Both the position numbers and the translations under genes were made by a program. A stretch of DNA of 64,000 nt from Roseibacillus sp. (lineage in GTDB: Bacteria > Verrucomicrobiota > Verrucomicrobiia > Verrucomicrobiales > Akkermansiaceae): assembly GCA_051251855.1 (NCBI GenBank), contig JBPOGI010000001.1, forward strand, positions 608,001 through 672,000. Reading direction: 5' to 3'. The notes below the pieces were generated by a model, which was not told where the DNA came from, did no database searches, and was given only the letters and a program-made list of their open reading frames with translations. Positions 8,951 through 19,200 of this stretch are shown here, in pieces. The stretch's first letter is position 1. Each line of letters starts with the position of its first letter.

Positions 8951-10558
8951 ATGAATACTTTGAGAATTGAATGCCCCGGCTGCCACCAAGGCTTTGAGGT
9001 GAGCGAAGAGCTCAACGGACGGACTGTTGAATGCGGCTCCTGCGAGAATCGCTTTCAAGTGACCCAAGAAGTATTGGCTCCTCAACGGGAGCGATTTTAT
9101 CCTGACGAAGTTCGCAAGGAAGTGGACTTGAGCCGTTTCGGGCGAGTGCCGGCGAAGGAGGCTCCCGTCGAATTTCGGACGATGGAGTATGATAAGATGG
9201 CGAAACAGAATTTTGTGGGTCCCATTCCTCCCGTTCTCCTTTTTGCCACAATTGGAGGATTCTTAATTTTGATTGGGGCGGCTTTGATTTTCTTTTTCGG
9301 TTCGATGCCCTCGAGTCAGATTTTGCAGGATGTGGAACGTCCGCAGCGGTATGTGCTTGCTGGCTTCTTTGGTTTTGTGGGTTTCATTTTGCTGACTTGG
9401 GGGATGATTAAAAGCAGGTTCCTCGGTGCTATTTTGGGCCTTTTGGGGGCTGGAGGTTTGTTGGCTCTGGCTCACTATTTGCCGGTTCATCGAACAGCGA
9501 CTCTTTTGAATGGAGTCGCGACTACGACAGAGGACGAAGATTCAAGAGAGATTGCGCCCGATAGCCCTTTCTTTCCCGGAATCAGTGCTGAGGAACAATT
9601 GACGCCGCAGGAGGTGATGAAGAAGACACGGTGGGAAGCATCTGTGTTGCCGCTGGTGTCGAATGGAGATGAAACGCAAGTCGCTGCGATTTGGGTTCGT
9701 TCGATGGCTGAATTTCATAAATCACAGATCCGGTCTTACTTGAGCCAAGAGTTGGACCTTCCGATTCGTCCTGACTTTCGGGAGTTAAAAGACGGGGGAA
9801 TCTTTGTGATGAGCGGCATTCCGCTCGACTTGGACCGCATCGAGTTTGTGGTCGAGAGGTTTGGTGAGGTGGAACAGGTGATTCCTGAATTGAGACTGAT
9901 TCAGATGCAGGTGAATACCGCAGTCTTGGGCGAGGTGAGTAATGAGTTAACGGCCAAATTGAATAACTCGGAGGATGGTGCTTTTTACTCTCTTAACTAT
10001 TCCGAACTGATCGCCCTTGATCGCGGGCGAGTGAAGGATGCAATTCGTCGCTTGGCGATGGCTGAACCTATCCGAATGAGAAAGGACATTACTGTCCGGC
10101 TGGTGGGGCTTTTGAGCGAGGAGCACGACGCGGAAACCTACGGTAATATTGCTGCGGCGCTGCAAAAGTGGTCAGAGGAGGGGGATGGAGCGGACCGGAT
10201 ATTGGCGGATATTGCGAGTAAGAAGAGGGGACGAGGGGTCAAGGTCCCCGATGAAGTCTTACGATTTTTTGCTGAGCGTAAGACGCCATCGGCGGCGCAG
10301 TTGATGACCGAGTTGTGGTCTGATGATCCAACCAGTCGGCAAAGATTCCTTGAAATCTATGGTTCGCAGGCTGCGCCATTGGTCGCTCCTTATCTTCGCT
10401 CCTCCAAGCCTGGGCTGCCACGCTCATCTGTTCGCTTGTTGGGGAAAATCGGGACGAAGAACGAGCTGCCAACGATGCGTGAGGCGCTGGCTGCGTCCCA
10501 AGACGAAGAATTTAAGGCTTTGCTCAAAGAGTCGATTAATCGGGTCGCTGGGCGATAG
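8951..10558 (+). CDS. Membrane protein: N-terminal Zn-ribbon, 3 TM helices, C-terminal HEAT-like repeats
   Basis: IECPGC...VECGSC; hydrophobic segments; C-terminal RSSVRLLGKIGTKNELPTM helical repeat. Confidence 0.75.
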   Translation: MNTLRIECPGCHQGFEVSEELNGRTVECGSCENRFQVTQEVLAPQRERFYPDEVRKEVDLSRFGRVPAKEAPVEFRTMEYDKMAKQNFVGPIPPVLLFATIGGFLILIGAALIFFFGSMPSSQILQDVERPQRYVLAGFFGFVGFILLTWGMIKSRFLGAILGLLGAGGLLALAHYLPVHRTATLLNGVATTTEDEDSREIAPDSPFFPGISAEEQLTPQEVMKKTRWEASVLPLVSNGDETQVAAIWVRSMAEFHKSQIRSYLSQELDLPIRPDFRELKDGGIFVMSGIPLDLDRIEFVVERFGEVEQVIPELRLIQMQVNTAVLGEVSNELTAKLNNSEDGAFYSLNYSELIALDRGRVKDAIRRLAMAEPIRMRKDITVRLVGLLSEEHDAETYGNIAAALQKWSEEGDGADRILADIASKKRGRGVKVPDEVLRFFAERKTPSAAQLMTELWSDDPTSRQRFLEIYGSQAAPLVAPYLRSSKPGLPRSSVRLLGKIGTKNELPTMREALAASQDEEFKALLKESINRVAGR

Positions 10559-10639
10559 AACGGCGACGGTGGAGAACGAGGTAAAAGAACGCTTTTAAGC
10601 TTTGACGAGAACCCTCATTGCGAAGAAGAGAGCGCCGTT

Positions 10640-10987
10640 ATGTTACGCCAATTTTTAAAGTCCAAAATTCACCGCGCAGTGATTACTCAAGCCGACGTTG
10701 AATACGAAGGAAGCATTGAGATGCCAGGTAATCTGATGGATGAGGTGGGCCTCATGGAGGGCGAGAAGGTCTTAGTGGCCTCGGTGACATCTGGAAATCG
10801 CCTCGAGACCTATGCCCAGCGGGGACCTGACGGAACGGAGTTTTTGATCAATGGGGGGGCTGCTCTTCGTATTAAGAAGGGGGAGCGCGTGACGATTATG
10901 GCTTGGGGTCTTTCCGAAGGGCCGGTGGTCGCCCGTCGTATCGTGATGAATGAAAAGAATGAAATTGTGGCTCGATCGGGTCAGTGA
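10640..10987 (+). CDS. panD: Aspartate 1-decarboxylase
   Basis: LKSKIHRA, YEG/SI self-cleavage site, RLETYA, INGGAA. Confidence 0.95.
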   Translation: MLRQFLKSKIHRAVITQADVEYEGSIEMPGNLMDEVGLMEGEKVLVASVTSGNRLETYAQRGPDGTEFLINGGAALRIKKGERVTIMAWGLSEGPVVARRIVMNEKNEIVARSGQ

Positions 10988-11044
10988 AAGGTTCCTTAAA
11001 CTTCTTTTGACAACTTGGGGTCCCTTACCCATAGTCCGCCGCCC

Positions 11045-11605
11045 ATGACTCTGGCAGCAGTTTCCACAGCTCTTAGTATTTCGATCACTCTTCTGATTAT
11101 CACTTTGGTAGTCGTCAGCTTGCTGATGATTCTGGTCGTGATGATGCAGCGACCCAAGCAAGAAGGTTTGGGAGCCGCTTTTGGAGGAGGAATGACGGAC
11201 CAACTTTTGGGTGCCGGAACAACGAGTTTTCTTCAAAAGGCGACTGTCATTCTCGGTATTCTCTTTTTTGTTCTGAGTTTGATTCTCGGGATTTTGGTTG
11301 GCCGCTCCAATAAGCAGCAAGGTATCACGACGCAGGCTGCTGTTCCTACCGAGCAAAAAGCTGCTCCGGCCATCGCTGATGATATTCAGATTATCGAAGA
11401 CGGCGACGAAGATGAACTTTTGAAAGCGATTGAGACTGCGGCTGGAGCTTCTACCTTAGGGGATGCAGCCGAAACTGTCGAAGGAGCCATGACCGAATCT
11501 TCTGCTGAGGTAGAAGTTGCAGTCGAGGAAACGTCGGCGCCAGAAGTTGAAGAAGCACCTGCTCCCGTTGAAGGAGAAGAAGGTAGCACAGAGACTCCTC
11601 AATAG
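11045..11605 (+). CDS. secG: Preprotein translocase subunit SecG with long acidic tail
   Basis: VMMQRPKQEGLGAAFGGG...FLQKAT two-TM signature. Confidence 0.92.
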   Translation: MTLAAVSTALSISITLLIITLVVVSLLMILVVMMQRPKQEGLGAAFGGGMTDQLLGAGTTSFLQKATVILGILFFVLSLILGILVGRSNKQQGITTQAAVPTEQKAAPAIADDIQIIEDGDEDELLKAIETAAGASTLGDAAETVEGAMTESSAEVEVAVEETSAPEVEEAPAPVEGEEGSTETPQ

Positions 11606-11611
11606 ATTCTC

Positions 11612-12868
11612 ATGAGTGGGCAGGAACAAGAGACGGACCTGCCCGTCTGGCAGCGGGAGCACATTTTTCCACCCAAGCCGAAAAGCCCTTCCTATGGTGT
11701 TTTGCTAGGAAAGGGAGAAGCCAAGGGTTTTGACGAATTTTCCGAGCTAGAAGCGCATGTCATCCAATGGCGGGAGCCTGCAGGGCTGATTTGGACGCCG
11801 GAACGTGAGCGCTGCTTTCCACCCGAGGAAGATCCTCGACTGCTAAAGGCCCTGCGGAAGAGGAAGGCTGCTATCTCTGATGATGAGTGGAGTAAGAACC
11901 GGTTTCGAGCCTTTGCGTTCTTGTTGCCCATCGTCTATTTCGTTTGGAAAGGTCTCTCGGAGGGGCGGCTTTTACGTTCACAGGAACTCGGTCTTTTCGG
12001 GGTGCTTTGGCTTATGTTTGCTGGAATTCCAGCTTACGAGGCATGGAAAAGACGTAAGCGTGCGGTACGTTTGAATGCTGAGAATCTTACGAGCGAGGCG
12101 GAGGAAGTGCGCTTTGAGATCTGGCTGCGGCGTCAGCACATCCCCGTGACCAAGATTTTGTTAGGAATGGTGGTGGGAGTTTATCTCGTTCAGGTTCTTA
12201 AGGGGATTCCCCAGAGTGGGGGGCTTTTAGGTGCACTGTGGTTTCCACTCGACCTTTGGAATGGGAAGACGACGTTGGCCGGACTGCGCGAAGCGGGTTT
12301 GGTGAAGAATCAGGAGGGAATCGGGTACTTTAACGGCGAGTGGTGGCGGCTCTTTACGGCACCGATGCTTCATGGGCAGTTGATCCATTTAGTCATGAAT
12401 GGGCTGGGGCTTCTTTACTTGGGGAGGCGAACGGAGGTGATGGCAAGCTGGCCGCACCTAGTCCTCGTTTTTCTTGCTTCGATGATGGCTGGAGGAATTG
12501 CTTCTGCATACGGCTTGCCGACCCAGGCATCGGTAGGTGCTTCGGGTGGAATTATGGGCCTGTTGGGTTTCCTTCTTGTCTTTGAGTGGTTGCATGGACG
12601 GCTCGTACCTAAGCGGGCAACGCGACGATTGGTGGCGGCTCTGGTTTTCACCTTCGTGGTTGGCTTTGTGGGTTACAACTTTATCGACAATTGGGCTCAC
12701 GGGGGTGGGTTAGTTGCGGGGATGCTCTACGCGGGAATTGTCTTTCCGAAGTCGGGTTCGCCCCATCGTCCCAGAGCGACACGCGGGGACCAAGTTCTCG
12801 GAGTGATCGCGGCTTTGGTCGTGGTGGGGGGAGCTCTCGTCGCGGTCGTTAAAATGCGCGGGGGATAG
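11612..12868 (+). CDS. Rhomboid intramembrane serine protease with N-terminal extension
   Basis: WWRLFTAPMLH, HLVMN, GASGG catalytic Ser, DNWAHGGG catalytic His. Confidence 0.93.
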   Translation: MSGQEQETDLPVWQREHIFPPKPKSPSYGVLLGKGEAKGFDEFSELEAHVIQWREPAGLIWTPERERCFPPEEDPRLLKALRKRKAAISDDEWSKNRFRAFAFLLPIVYFVWKGLSEGRLLRSQELGLFGVLWLMFAGIPAYEAWKRRKRAVRLNAENLTSEAEEVRFEIWLRRQHIPVTKILLGMVVGVYLVQVLKGIPQSGGLLGALWFPLDLWNGKTTLAGLREAGLVKNQEGIGYFNGEWWRLFTAPMLHGQLIHLVMNGLGLLYLGRRTEVMASWPHLVLVFLASMMAGGIASAYGLPTQASVGASGGIMGLLGFLLVFEWLHGRLVPKRATRRLVAALVFTFVVGFVGYNFIDNWAHGGGLVAGMLYAGIVFPKSGSPHRPRATRGDQVLGVIAALVVVGGALVAVVKMRGG

Positions 12869-12871
12869 TTT

Positions 12872-12925
12872 TTTAAACAAGTGATTAAAACAATCGTTTG
12901 ACGGTGGCTTTTTTCGGGGTATTGT
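12872..12925 (+). promoter_or_regulatory. Sigma70-type promoter with tandem TetR (PsrA-like) operator sites
   Basis: TTGACG (12898) and TATTGT (12920); overlapping inverted repeats TTTAAACAAGTGATTAAA and TAAAACAATCGTTTGA (AAAC-N4-GTTT). Confidence 0.6.
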
Positions 12926-12939
12926 CGGCCGTGGTGAAG

Positions 12940-13566
12940 ATGAATTCCCTGAATGAGACCCAAGTGCGTCTCCTTGATGCTGCGGAGATTCTTTTTGCTG
13001 AGAAGGGGTTCGAGGCGGTTTCGCTGCGGGATATTACTCAAGCCGCAGATGCCAATGTGGCAGCGGTGAGTTACCACTTTGGAGGGAAGGAAAATTTGAT
13101 CAACGCGGTGATGGGGCGTCATGCCATGCCGATCAACTGCGAGCGGATTGAGCGCTTGGATCAATTGCTTGCTCGTGAGCAGAAGCCAACTGTGAGGGAG
13201 GTGGTCGATGCTTTTCTGCGGCCTTTGATGGAGCGGATCCTTGATCAAGAAAATCGGCAACAGCTCTTTGCGAAGTTTATGGCAAGAATGATGGGCGAGA
13301 AGGCCTGTGGATTGCCGGCAGAAGTGCTTCCGCAATTTCAAGAAATGGCCCGCAAGGTGGTGGCGGGGTTTCAAGCTGCAGTCCCAAGTTTGAGCGAAGA
13401 GCAGGCTTACTTCCGGCTTAAATTCTGCTTTGCGGTGATGGCAGATGCGATGATGCGTGACGAGGCTTTTGAACAGATTTCAGAGGGCCGTTTGGCTGGA
13501 CCTTGGAATTGGGAGCAGGTGTTTGAAGAGGTTTTGGATTTTTGTGAAGGAGGGTTGAAAGGATGA
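12940..13566 (+). CDS. TetR/AcrR family transcriptional regulator (PsrA-like)
   Basis: RLLDAAEILFAEKGFEAVSLRDITQAADANVAAVSYHFGGKENL helix-turn-helix. Confidence 0.93.
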   Translation: MNSLNETQVRLLDAAEILFAEKGFEAVSLRDITQAADANVAAVSYHFGGKENLINAVMGRHAMPINCERIERLDQLLAREQKPTVREVVDAFLRPLMERILDQENRQQLFAKFMARMMGEKACGLPAEVLPQFQEMARKVVAGFQAAVPSLSEEQAYFRLKFCFAVMADAMMRDEAFEQISEGRLAGPWNWEQVFEEVLDFCEGGLKG

Positions 13567-13595
13567 TGATAGCCGAGAGTGGAGGTGGCATCGCC

Positions 13596-15014
13596 ATGCG
13601 ATTTTTTGGAACTGTGATGGCATGCCTCGTCGTAAGCTGTGGTCAGGGAACTGTTCCAGGTTCTCAGATGGATGCGTTAGGAGGAACGACGCCTTCGACT
13701 TGGGCCGCGAGTCGTGCGGGGCGAGCGGGAGTGGATGAACGTTGGGTGAGTCGCTTTGGTGACCGCCGTCTGGACGCCTTGGTGTCGGAAGCAATTTCTG
13801 CCAATCCAAGTATGACCTCTGCACGCGAACGGGTGAATCGAGCCGTTATTTTGGCTAAGGCTTCGCAAGCTCCCAGTCTACCGCAGGCGTCGGCGGGGTT
13901 GAGCGGCAATCGTAGTAAGCAAGTTTTCGTAGGCCTACCGATTCCAGGGAGTTCTGGTCCGTTGTCTTCATTGGCGACGTCCTTGGGGGCTTCTTTGGAT
14001 GTGAGCTGGGAGCCTGATATTTGGGGAAAGGTTTCGGCGAGCCAATCTGCTGAGTTGGCGCGGGTCGGTGCTGAAGAGAACGCCTTTCGTGCGGCGCGGG
14101 CGAGTCTGGCAGCCCAAGTGGTGAAGGCTTGGTTGGCTCTAGGAGAAGCCAATGAACAGCTCACCCTCGCACACGAATCTTTGTCGATTAGGAAAAAGAC
14201 CGAGGTCGCTATTGAGGAGCGCTTTGCGAATTCTCTCGATGATGAGGGAGGCACTGCGGCACAGTTGCGACTGGCGCGAACGGACTCTGCAAACACGGAA
14301 GGAGTGATTGAGCAATGGCGGGCTGAGGTGGCTCGGGCTCAGCGGCAATTGGAGCTCTTAGTAGGTCGCTATCCGGCGGGACGTGCGGGGGAGGGGGTGA
14401 CTTTACCTAAGTTGCCAAGTAAGCCTCCGACAGGGCTCCCAAGTGAACTTTTGCAACGCCGGCCTGACGTGATTGAGGCGGAAAGGCGTTTTGCCGCTGC
14501 CATCAAGGATGCTGAGGTGGCGGACTTGGCGCGCTTTCCCAGCTTTTCTCTTACGAGCAGTGCGGGACGCACTTCGAGCAAGCTAGGCGACTTGTTAGAT
14601 AGTGATTTTGGAGTGTGGTCGCTGGGAGGAAACTTGGTGGCTCCCATTTTGAGTGGAGGTCGCCTCAAGGCAGATTTTGAGAGTGCACAGAGTCGTGAGC
14701 GGAGTGCTTTGTCTGATTTGCAACGCAAGGTTCTCGATGCTTTTGGAGAGGTTGAGCAGGCATTGATCGCGGATTACTTTTTTGACCAACAAGTATCGGC
14801 AGCTCAGCGAGCGCTCGGTGAAGCACAAGAGGCGGATGACGCTTCTTCACGCGATTATGCCGATGGCGTGGATACCGTTTTGACTGTCTTGCAGGCGCGC
14901 AGTCAGCGGATTCAGGTTGCGACTCAACTGGTCACTCTTCGCCGCCAAAGGCTGGAGAATCGGGTGAATCTGCATTTGGCATTGGGAGGCGACTTTCAGG
15001 TTCGAGGAAAATAG
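13596..15014 (+). CDS. RND efflux outer membrane factor lipoprotein (NodT/OprM family)
   Basis: Lipobox-like VVSC, SWEPDIWG, ELLQRRPDV, LHLALGG; GGAGG ribosome-binding site. Confidence 0.93.
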   Translation: MRFFGTVMACLVVSCGQGTVPGSQMDALGGTTPSTWAASRAGRAGVDERWVSRFGDRRLDALVSEAISANPSMTSARERVNRAVILAKASQAPSLPQASAGLSGNRSKQVFVGLPIPGSSGPLSSLATSLGASLDVSWEPDIWGKVSASQSAELARVGAEENAFRAARASLAAQVVKAWLALGEANEQLTLAHESLSIRKKTEVAIEERFANSLDDEGGTAAQLRLARTDSANTEGVIEQWRAEVARAQRQLELLVGRYPAGRAGEGVTLPKLPSKPPTGLPSELLQRRPDVIEAERRFAAAIKDAEVADLARFPSFSLTSSAGRTSSKLGDLLDSDFGVWSLGGNLVAPILSGGRLKADFESAQSRERSALSDLQRKVLDAFGEVEQALIADYFFDQQVSAAQRALGEAQEADDASSRDYADGVDTVLTVLQARSQRIQVATQLVTLRRQRLENRVNLHLALGGDFQVRGK

Positions 15015-15032
15015 AGAAGGAGACGGCACAGT

Positions 15033-16298
15033 ATGAATGATGATAAATTAGAGACGATGACCTTCGAGGAACTCGAGAAAGACCGAGGTCTTGCCTTGCG
15101 TGCAGTGATGAGCTTCGTCGCTGTGTTGGTGATTCTAGGGCTAATGTCTGCGGCGATTTGGATTCTGATTATGAGCAAGCCGACGGCGGCCAAGAAGGTG
15201 GAGACTGCGGCGATGGCTCGCACCGTTCAAGTGGCGACAGTTGAGAAGGCTAAGGGGGAGGTAGAGATTCGCGCCGAAGGGGTGGTCGAGAGTCAAAGGG
15301 TGGTGAACCTAACCGCTGAAGTCACAGGGAAACTCATTGAGGTGAGTTCGAATTTGGTTCCTGGAGGGAAAGTTCGTCAGGATGAGATCTTGGTCACCAT
15401 CGACCCTGCTGATTATCGGGCAGCCCTAGAGCAGGCCAAAGCGGCCCAAGAGCGAACGCGCATGACGGTGGCTGATGCAGAGTTGGCGATCGAGCAAGAG
15501 GAGGCCCGACGTGAGCAGGCGCTCCGTGATTGGAAGAAATTAGGGAAGGGGAACCCGAGTGATCTCCTAGCCCGCAAACCTCAGTTGGCAAGTGCGCAAG
15601 CTCGGTTGGCAAGCGCCAAGGCTGATGTCGAGAGTTCGGCGGCAGAGGTGGAGCGGGCGAGTCGTAATTTGACGCGGACTGTGATTCGAGCCCCTTTCGA
15701 CGCGGTTGTTCGGCAGGAGTCGGTTGAAGTGGGAGCTGTTTTGGCGCCGGGGACGATGTTAGCGACTCTATTTTCGGAAAGCAGTCTGGAGGTCGAACTC
15801 CCTCTGAAGCTCGAAGATTATGCTCTCTTAAGCCGTGATGAAAACGGGGCCGTGCAAGGCGACGTAAAGCTGGTGGGAACCCTTGGTGTGCGGGAAGTGA
15901 TTTGGCCGGGTCGAATTGTGAGAACAACGGGCGAAGTGGAGCGAGGAGCTCTTACTGCGAGTGTGGTGGTTGCCATTGAGGGCGCTGAGGGGGAGGGGGA
16001 ATTACGGTTACCTCCTCCGGGACTGTTCGTTCGGGCCGAGTTACAGGGGCAAACTTTGGATGACGCTTTGGTTATTCCGCGTGAGGCGGTGCGTGAGGGG
16101 AATCGCCTAGCGGTGGCTACTGAAGAGGGGACGCTTGATTTTCGGATTTTGACGGTGGTGCGCTCGAACGCCACCAAGGTGTTTGTCAGTGAAGGTGTCG
16201 AGGTTGGAGAGCGGGTCGTATTGACAAGGGTGACGGGGGCGATTCAGGGGATGGAAGTTGAAGTCGAGGAATCTGTCCAAGGAGAGGAAGGCGAGTAA
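15033..16298 (+). CDS. RND efflux periplasmic adaptor (membrane fusion protein)
   Basis: TM anchor, AEVTGKL lipoyl half, helical hairpin, TVIRAPFDAVV, PGLFVRA. Confidence 0.93.
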   Translation: MNDDKLETMTFEELEKDRGLALRAVMSFVAVLVILGLMSAAIWILIMSKPTAAKKVETAAMARTVQVATVEKAKGEVEIRAEGVVESQRVVNLTAEVTGKLIEVSSNLVPGGKVRQDEILVTIDPADYRAALEQAKAAQERTRMTVADAELAIEQEEARREQALRDWKKLGKGNPSDLLARKPQLASAQARLASAKADVESSAAEVERASRNLTRTVIRAPFDAVVRQESVEVGAVLAPGTMLATLFSESSLEVELPLKLEDYALLSRDENGAVQGDVKLVGTLGVREVIWPGRIVRTTGEVERGALTASVVVAIEGAEGEGELRLPPPGLFVRAELQGQTLDDALVIPREAVREGNRLAVATEEGTLDFRILTVVRSNATKVFVSEGVEVGERVVLTRVTGAIQGMEVEVEESVQGEEGE

Positions 16299-19200
16299 TG
16301 GAAGGTGTTGTTCGTTGGTTCACTCGTAATCATGTTGCAGGCAATTTTCTAATGCTGGCTATCTTGCTAGCGGGCTTTACGACTTGGTTCAAAGTCCGAA
16401 AGGAAATTTTTCCGGACACGGCGTTCGACGCTCTAACAGTTTCGATTCCTTATCCCAATGCCACTCCCGAGGAGGTAGAGCGTGGGGTGGTGGTGCCGGT
16501 TGAGGAAGCGGTGGCTGATGTGTTAGGCATTAAGAAGATGCGTTCGAGCTCGTCGCAGAATGGCGGCGGAGTGACGATTGAGGTTGAGAATGGTTATGAG
16601 GTTCGCGATGTCATGGATGATGTCAAAACGCGGGTCGATGCCATTGCTAACTTTCCTGAGGAGGCGGAGAAGCCTGTCCTGGAAGAGATTGTGATTACCT
16701 CACCGGTGATGGCGATTACGCTGGTTGCGGACGGGGCCGATGAAACGACTTTGGTCAAGCTGGCGGAAGAAATTAAGGACGAGTTGCTTTCTTTCGAGCC
16801 TCAGAAGAAGCCAACCTTCATGGAGTTCGTGGGGAACGCTTTGGCCGGAAAACCGAAGATTACCAAAGTATCGATCGCTGGAACCCGTCCTTATGAAATT
16901 TCGATTGAAGTCAGTGAGGAGCGGTTGAGGGAACTGGGATTGACCCTCGGTGAAGTTGCCGATTCTGTGCGGCGCTTCTCGGTCGACTTGCCAGCAGGAT
17001 CGATTCGCAGTGAGGGAGGCGAACTGATCGTGCGAACGGTTGGTAAGAAGTTCCACGCCGTTGATTTTGCAGGCGCTCCCATTAAGACTCTTTCCGATGG
17101 TTCGGTTGTTCGCTTGAGCCAAGTCGCGAAGCTAATCGATGGCTTTGAGGATGTGGACTTGAGCGTGACCTACGACAGTGAGGAAGCTGTGGTGGTCAAT
17201 GTCTATCGAGTGGGAGACCAAGATACCACGCGCTTGGCCAAGATGGTGGAAGAGTATGTAGAATGGAAGAATGGGCAATCTTTGAACGGAGTGACTCTCG
17301 GGATTTGGAATGATCAGAGTGAACTGCTCAAAGGACGTATTGATTTGTTAGCTCGTAACGCGTCTTTTGGGCTTCTGTTTGTTTTGATTGTGCTGGCGCT
17401 GTTTCTGCGTCCTTCTCTGGCGTTCCTAGTTGCCTTGGGGATTCCGGTTTCTTTCGCTGGAGGAATGTGGTTGATGCCAATGCTGGGGATCTCGATCAAT
17501 ATGATTTCTCTTTTCGCCTTCATTCTCGTTCTGGGAATTGTGGTCGATGATGCCATTGTTACGGGCGAAAATGTCTACGCGCGTATTCAAAAGGGGGAGC
17601 ATCCCACCTTGGCTGCTTGGAAAGGGACGCACGAGGTTGGAACAGTTGTTATTTTCGGAGTCCTCACGACGGTGGTTGCGTTTACGCCGATGCTCGGGTT
17701 GAGCGGGGTGAGCGGCAAGATTTGGCCAAACATTCCGTTGGTAGTCATTCCGACGTTGCTGTTCTCATTGGTGCAGTCGAAGTTGGTTCTGCCTGCTCAT
17801 TTGGCTTTATTGGGGCCAACGAAGTCGGACGAGGAGCGAAGCCACTCGCGGTGGAGGGCGTTTCATCCATTGAACCCGGTGAAGTGGGTTGTGTTTTTGG
17901 TAGAAGGACTTTTTTGGATTCAGCATCAGATCGCTTCGGGTCTTCTCCTCTTTGTTAAGAATATCTATCAGCCTGCGTTGAACTTTGGACTGCGTTGGAG
18001 GTATCCCATGATCGCCCTCTTTTTTGCAATCTTTGCCTTCAGTCTCGCGGTGGTGGGGACAGGGCGGATTAAGTTTCAGTTCTTTCCCGAGGTGGAGGGA
18101 GATATTTTGAGTGCGAAGTTGGAGTTGGCTCAAGGGGTGCCCTTTTACCAGACGGAAGAAGTAGTGGCTCGGATTGCGGAGGCTGCCTCTCAGATGGGTG
18201 AACAGTATCAGGGATACGAGGGTGAACCGGTTGTGCGGCATGTGCTTGCGAGTAGCGGGACTCAGCCTTTTATTACAGGGTTTCAGCCCGGTGGCCCACC
18301 AAAAGCAACGCACATTGGAGAGGTCACGATTGAGCTTTTACCCTCAGCGAAGCGCGCTGTAGGGAGTGACGAATTAGTCAGTAAATGGCGCGAGTTGACG
18401 GGGGATATTCCAGGAGTGGTTGAGCTCTCTTTTAAGGCGGAGACTGCCTCGGGCGGGAATGCGATTGATCTAAGTTTGACGGGATCGAACCTCGAAGAAT
18501 TGGAGGCAGCGACGGCTTTTGCTAAGGAGCGGTTGGGTGACTACGAGGGTGTGATTGATATTGCCGACAGTAGTCGGGCTGGGAAGGACGAGATTCAAAT
18601 CGTTCGCCTCACTCGCGCGGGGGAGACTTTGGGATTTACTCTGGGGGACGTGGGGGGGCAGGTCCGAGATGCCTTTTTCGGGAACGAAGTGCAACGACTG
18701 CAGCGAGGGCGAGATGAGGTAAAGGTTATGGTTCGACTACCAGCCGCAGACCGGCGCACGACAGAGACGATCGAGAAGTTGGAACTTACCAGCCCCTCCG
18801 GTGAGCGAGTGGCGTTACGGGATGTCGCGGTCTATCAGTTTGGAAGCGGTCCGGCGGTAATTAATCGTACTGATCGTCAAAGGTCAGTGAAGGTGACGGC
18901 CGATGTGGATGAAAGCACCAACGCTAACGAAGTGGTTGGGCTATACACGAAGGAGGCGCTTAGTGAGATGTCCAGCAGGTTTCCTAGTGTGCAGTGGGGT
19001 TTTGAGGGAGAGCAAGAGGACCAAGCCAACTCTGTTCGGGAAATCGGGATCGGCTTTTTGGGGGCGATTATTATCATGTATGTTCTGATTGCGATTCCTC
19101 TTAGAAGTTACTTTCAGCCGATTATTATTTTGAGTGTGATTCCGTTTGGGCTCATCGGAGGGATTTGGGGGCATGCTGCTCTCGGGATGAATTTGTCCAT

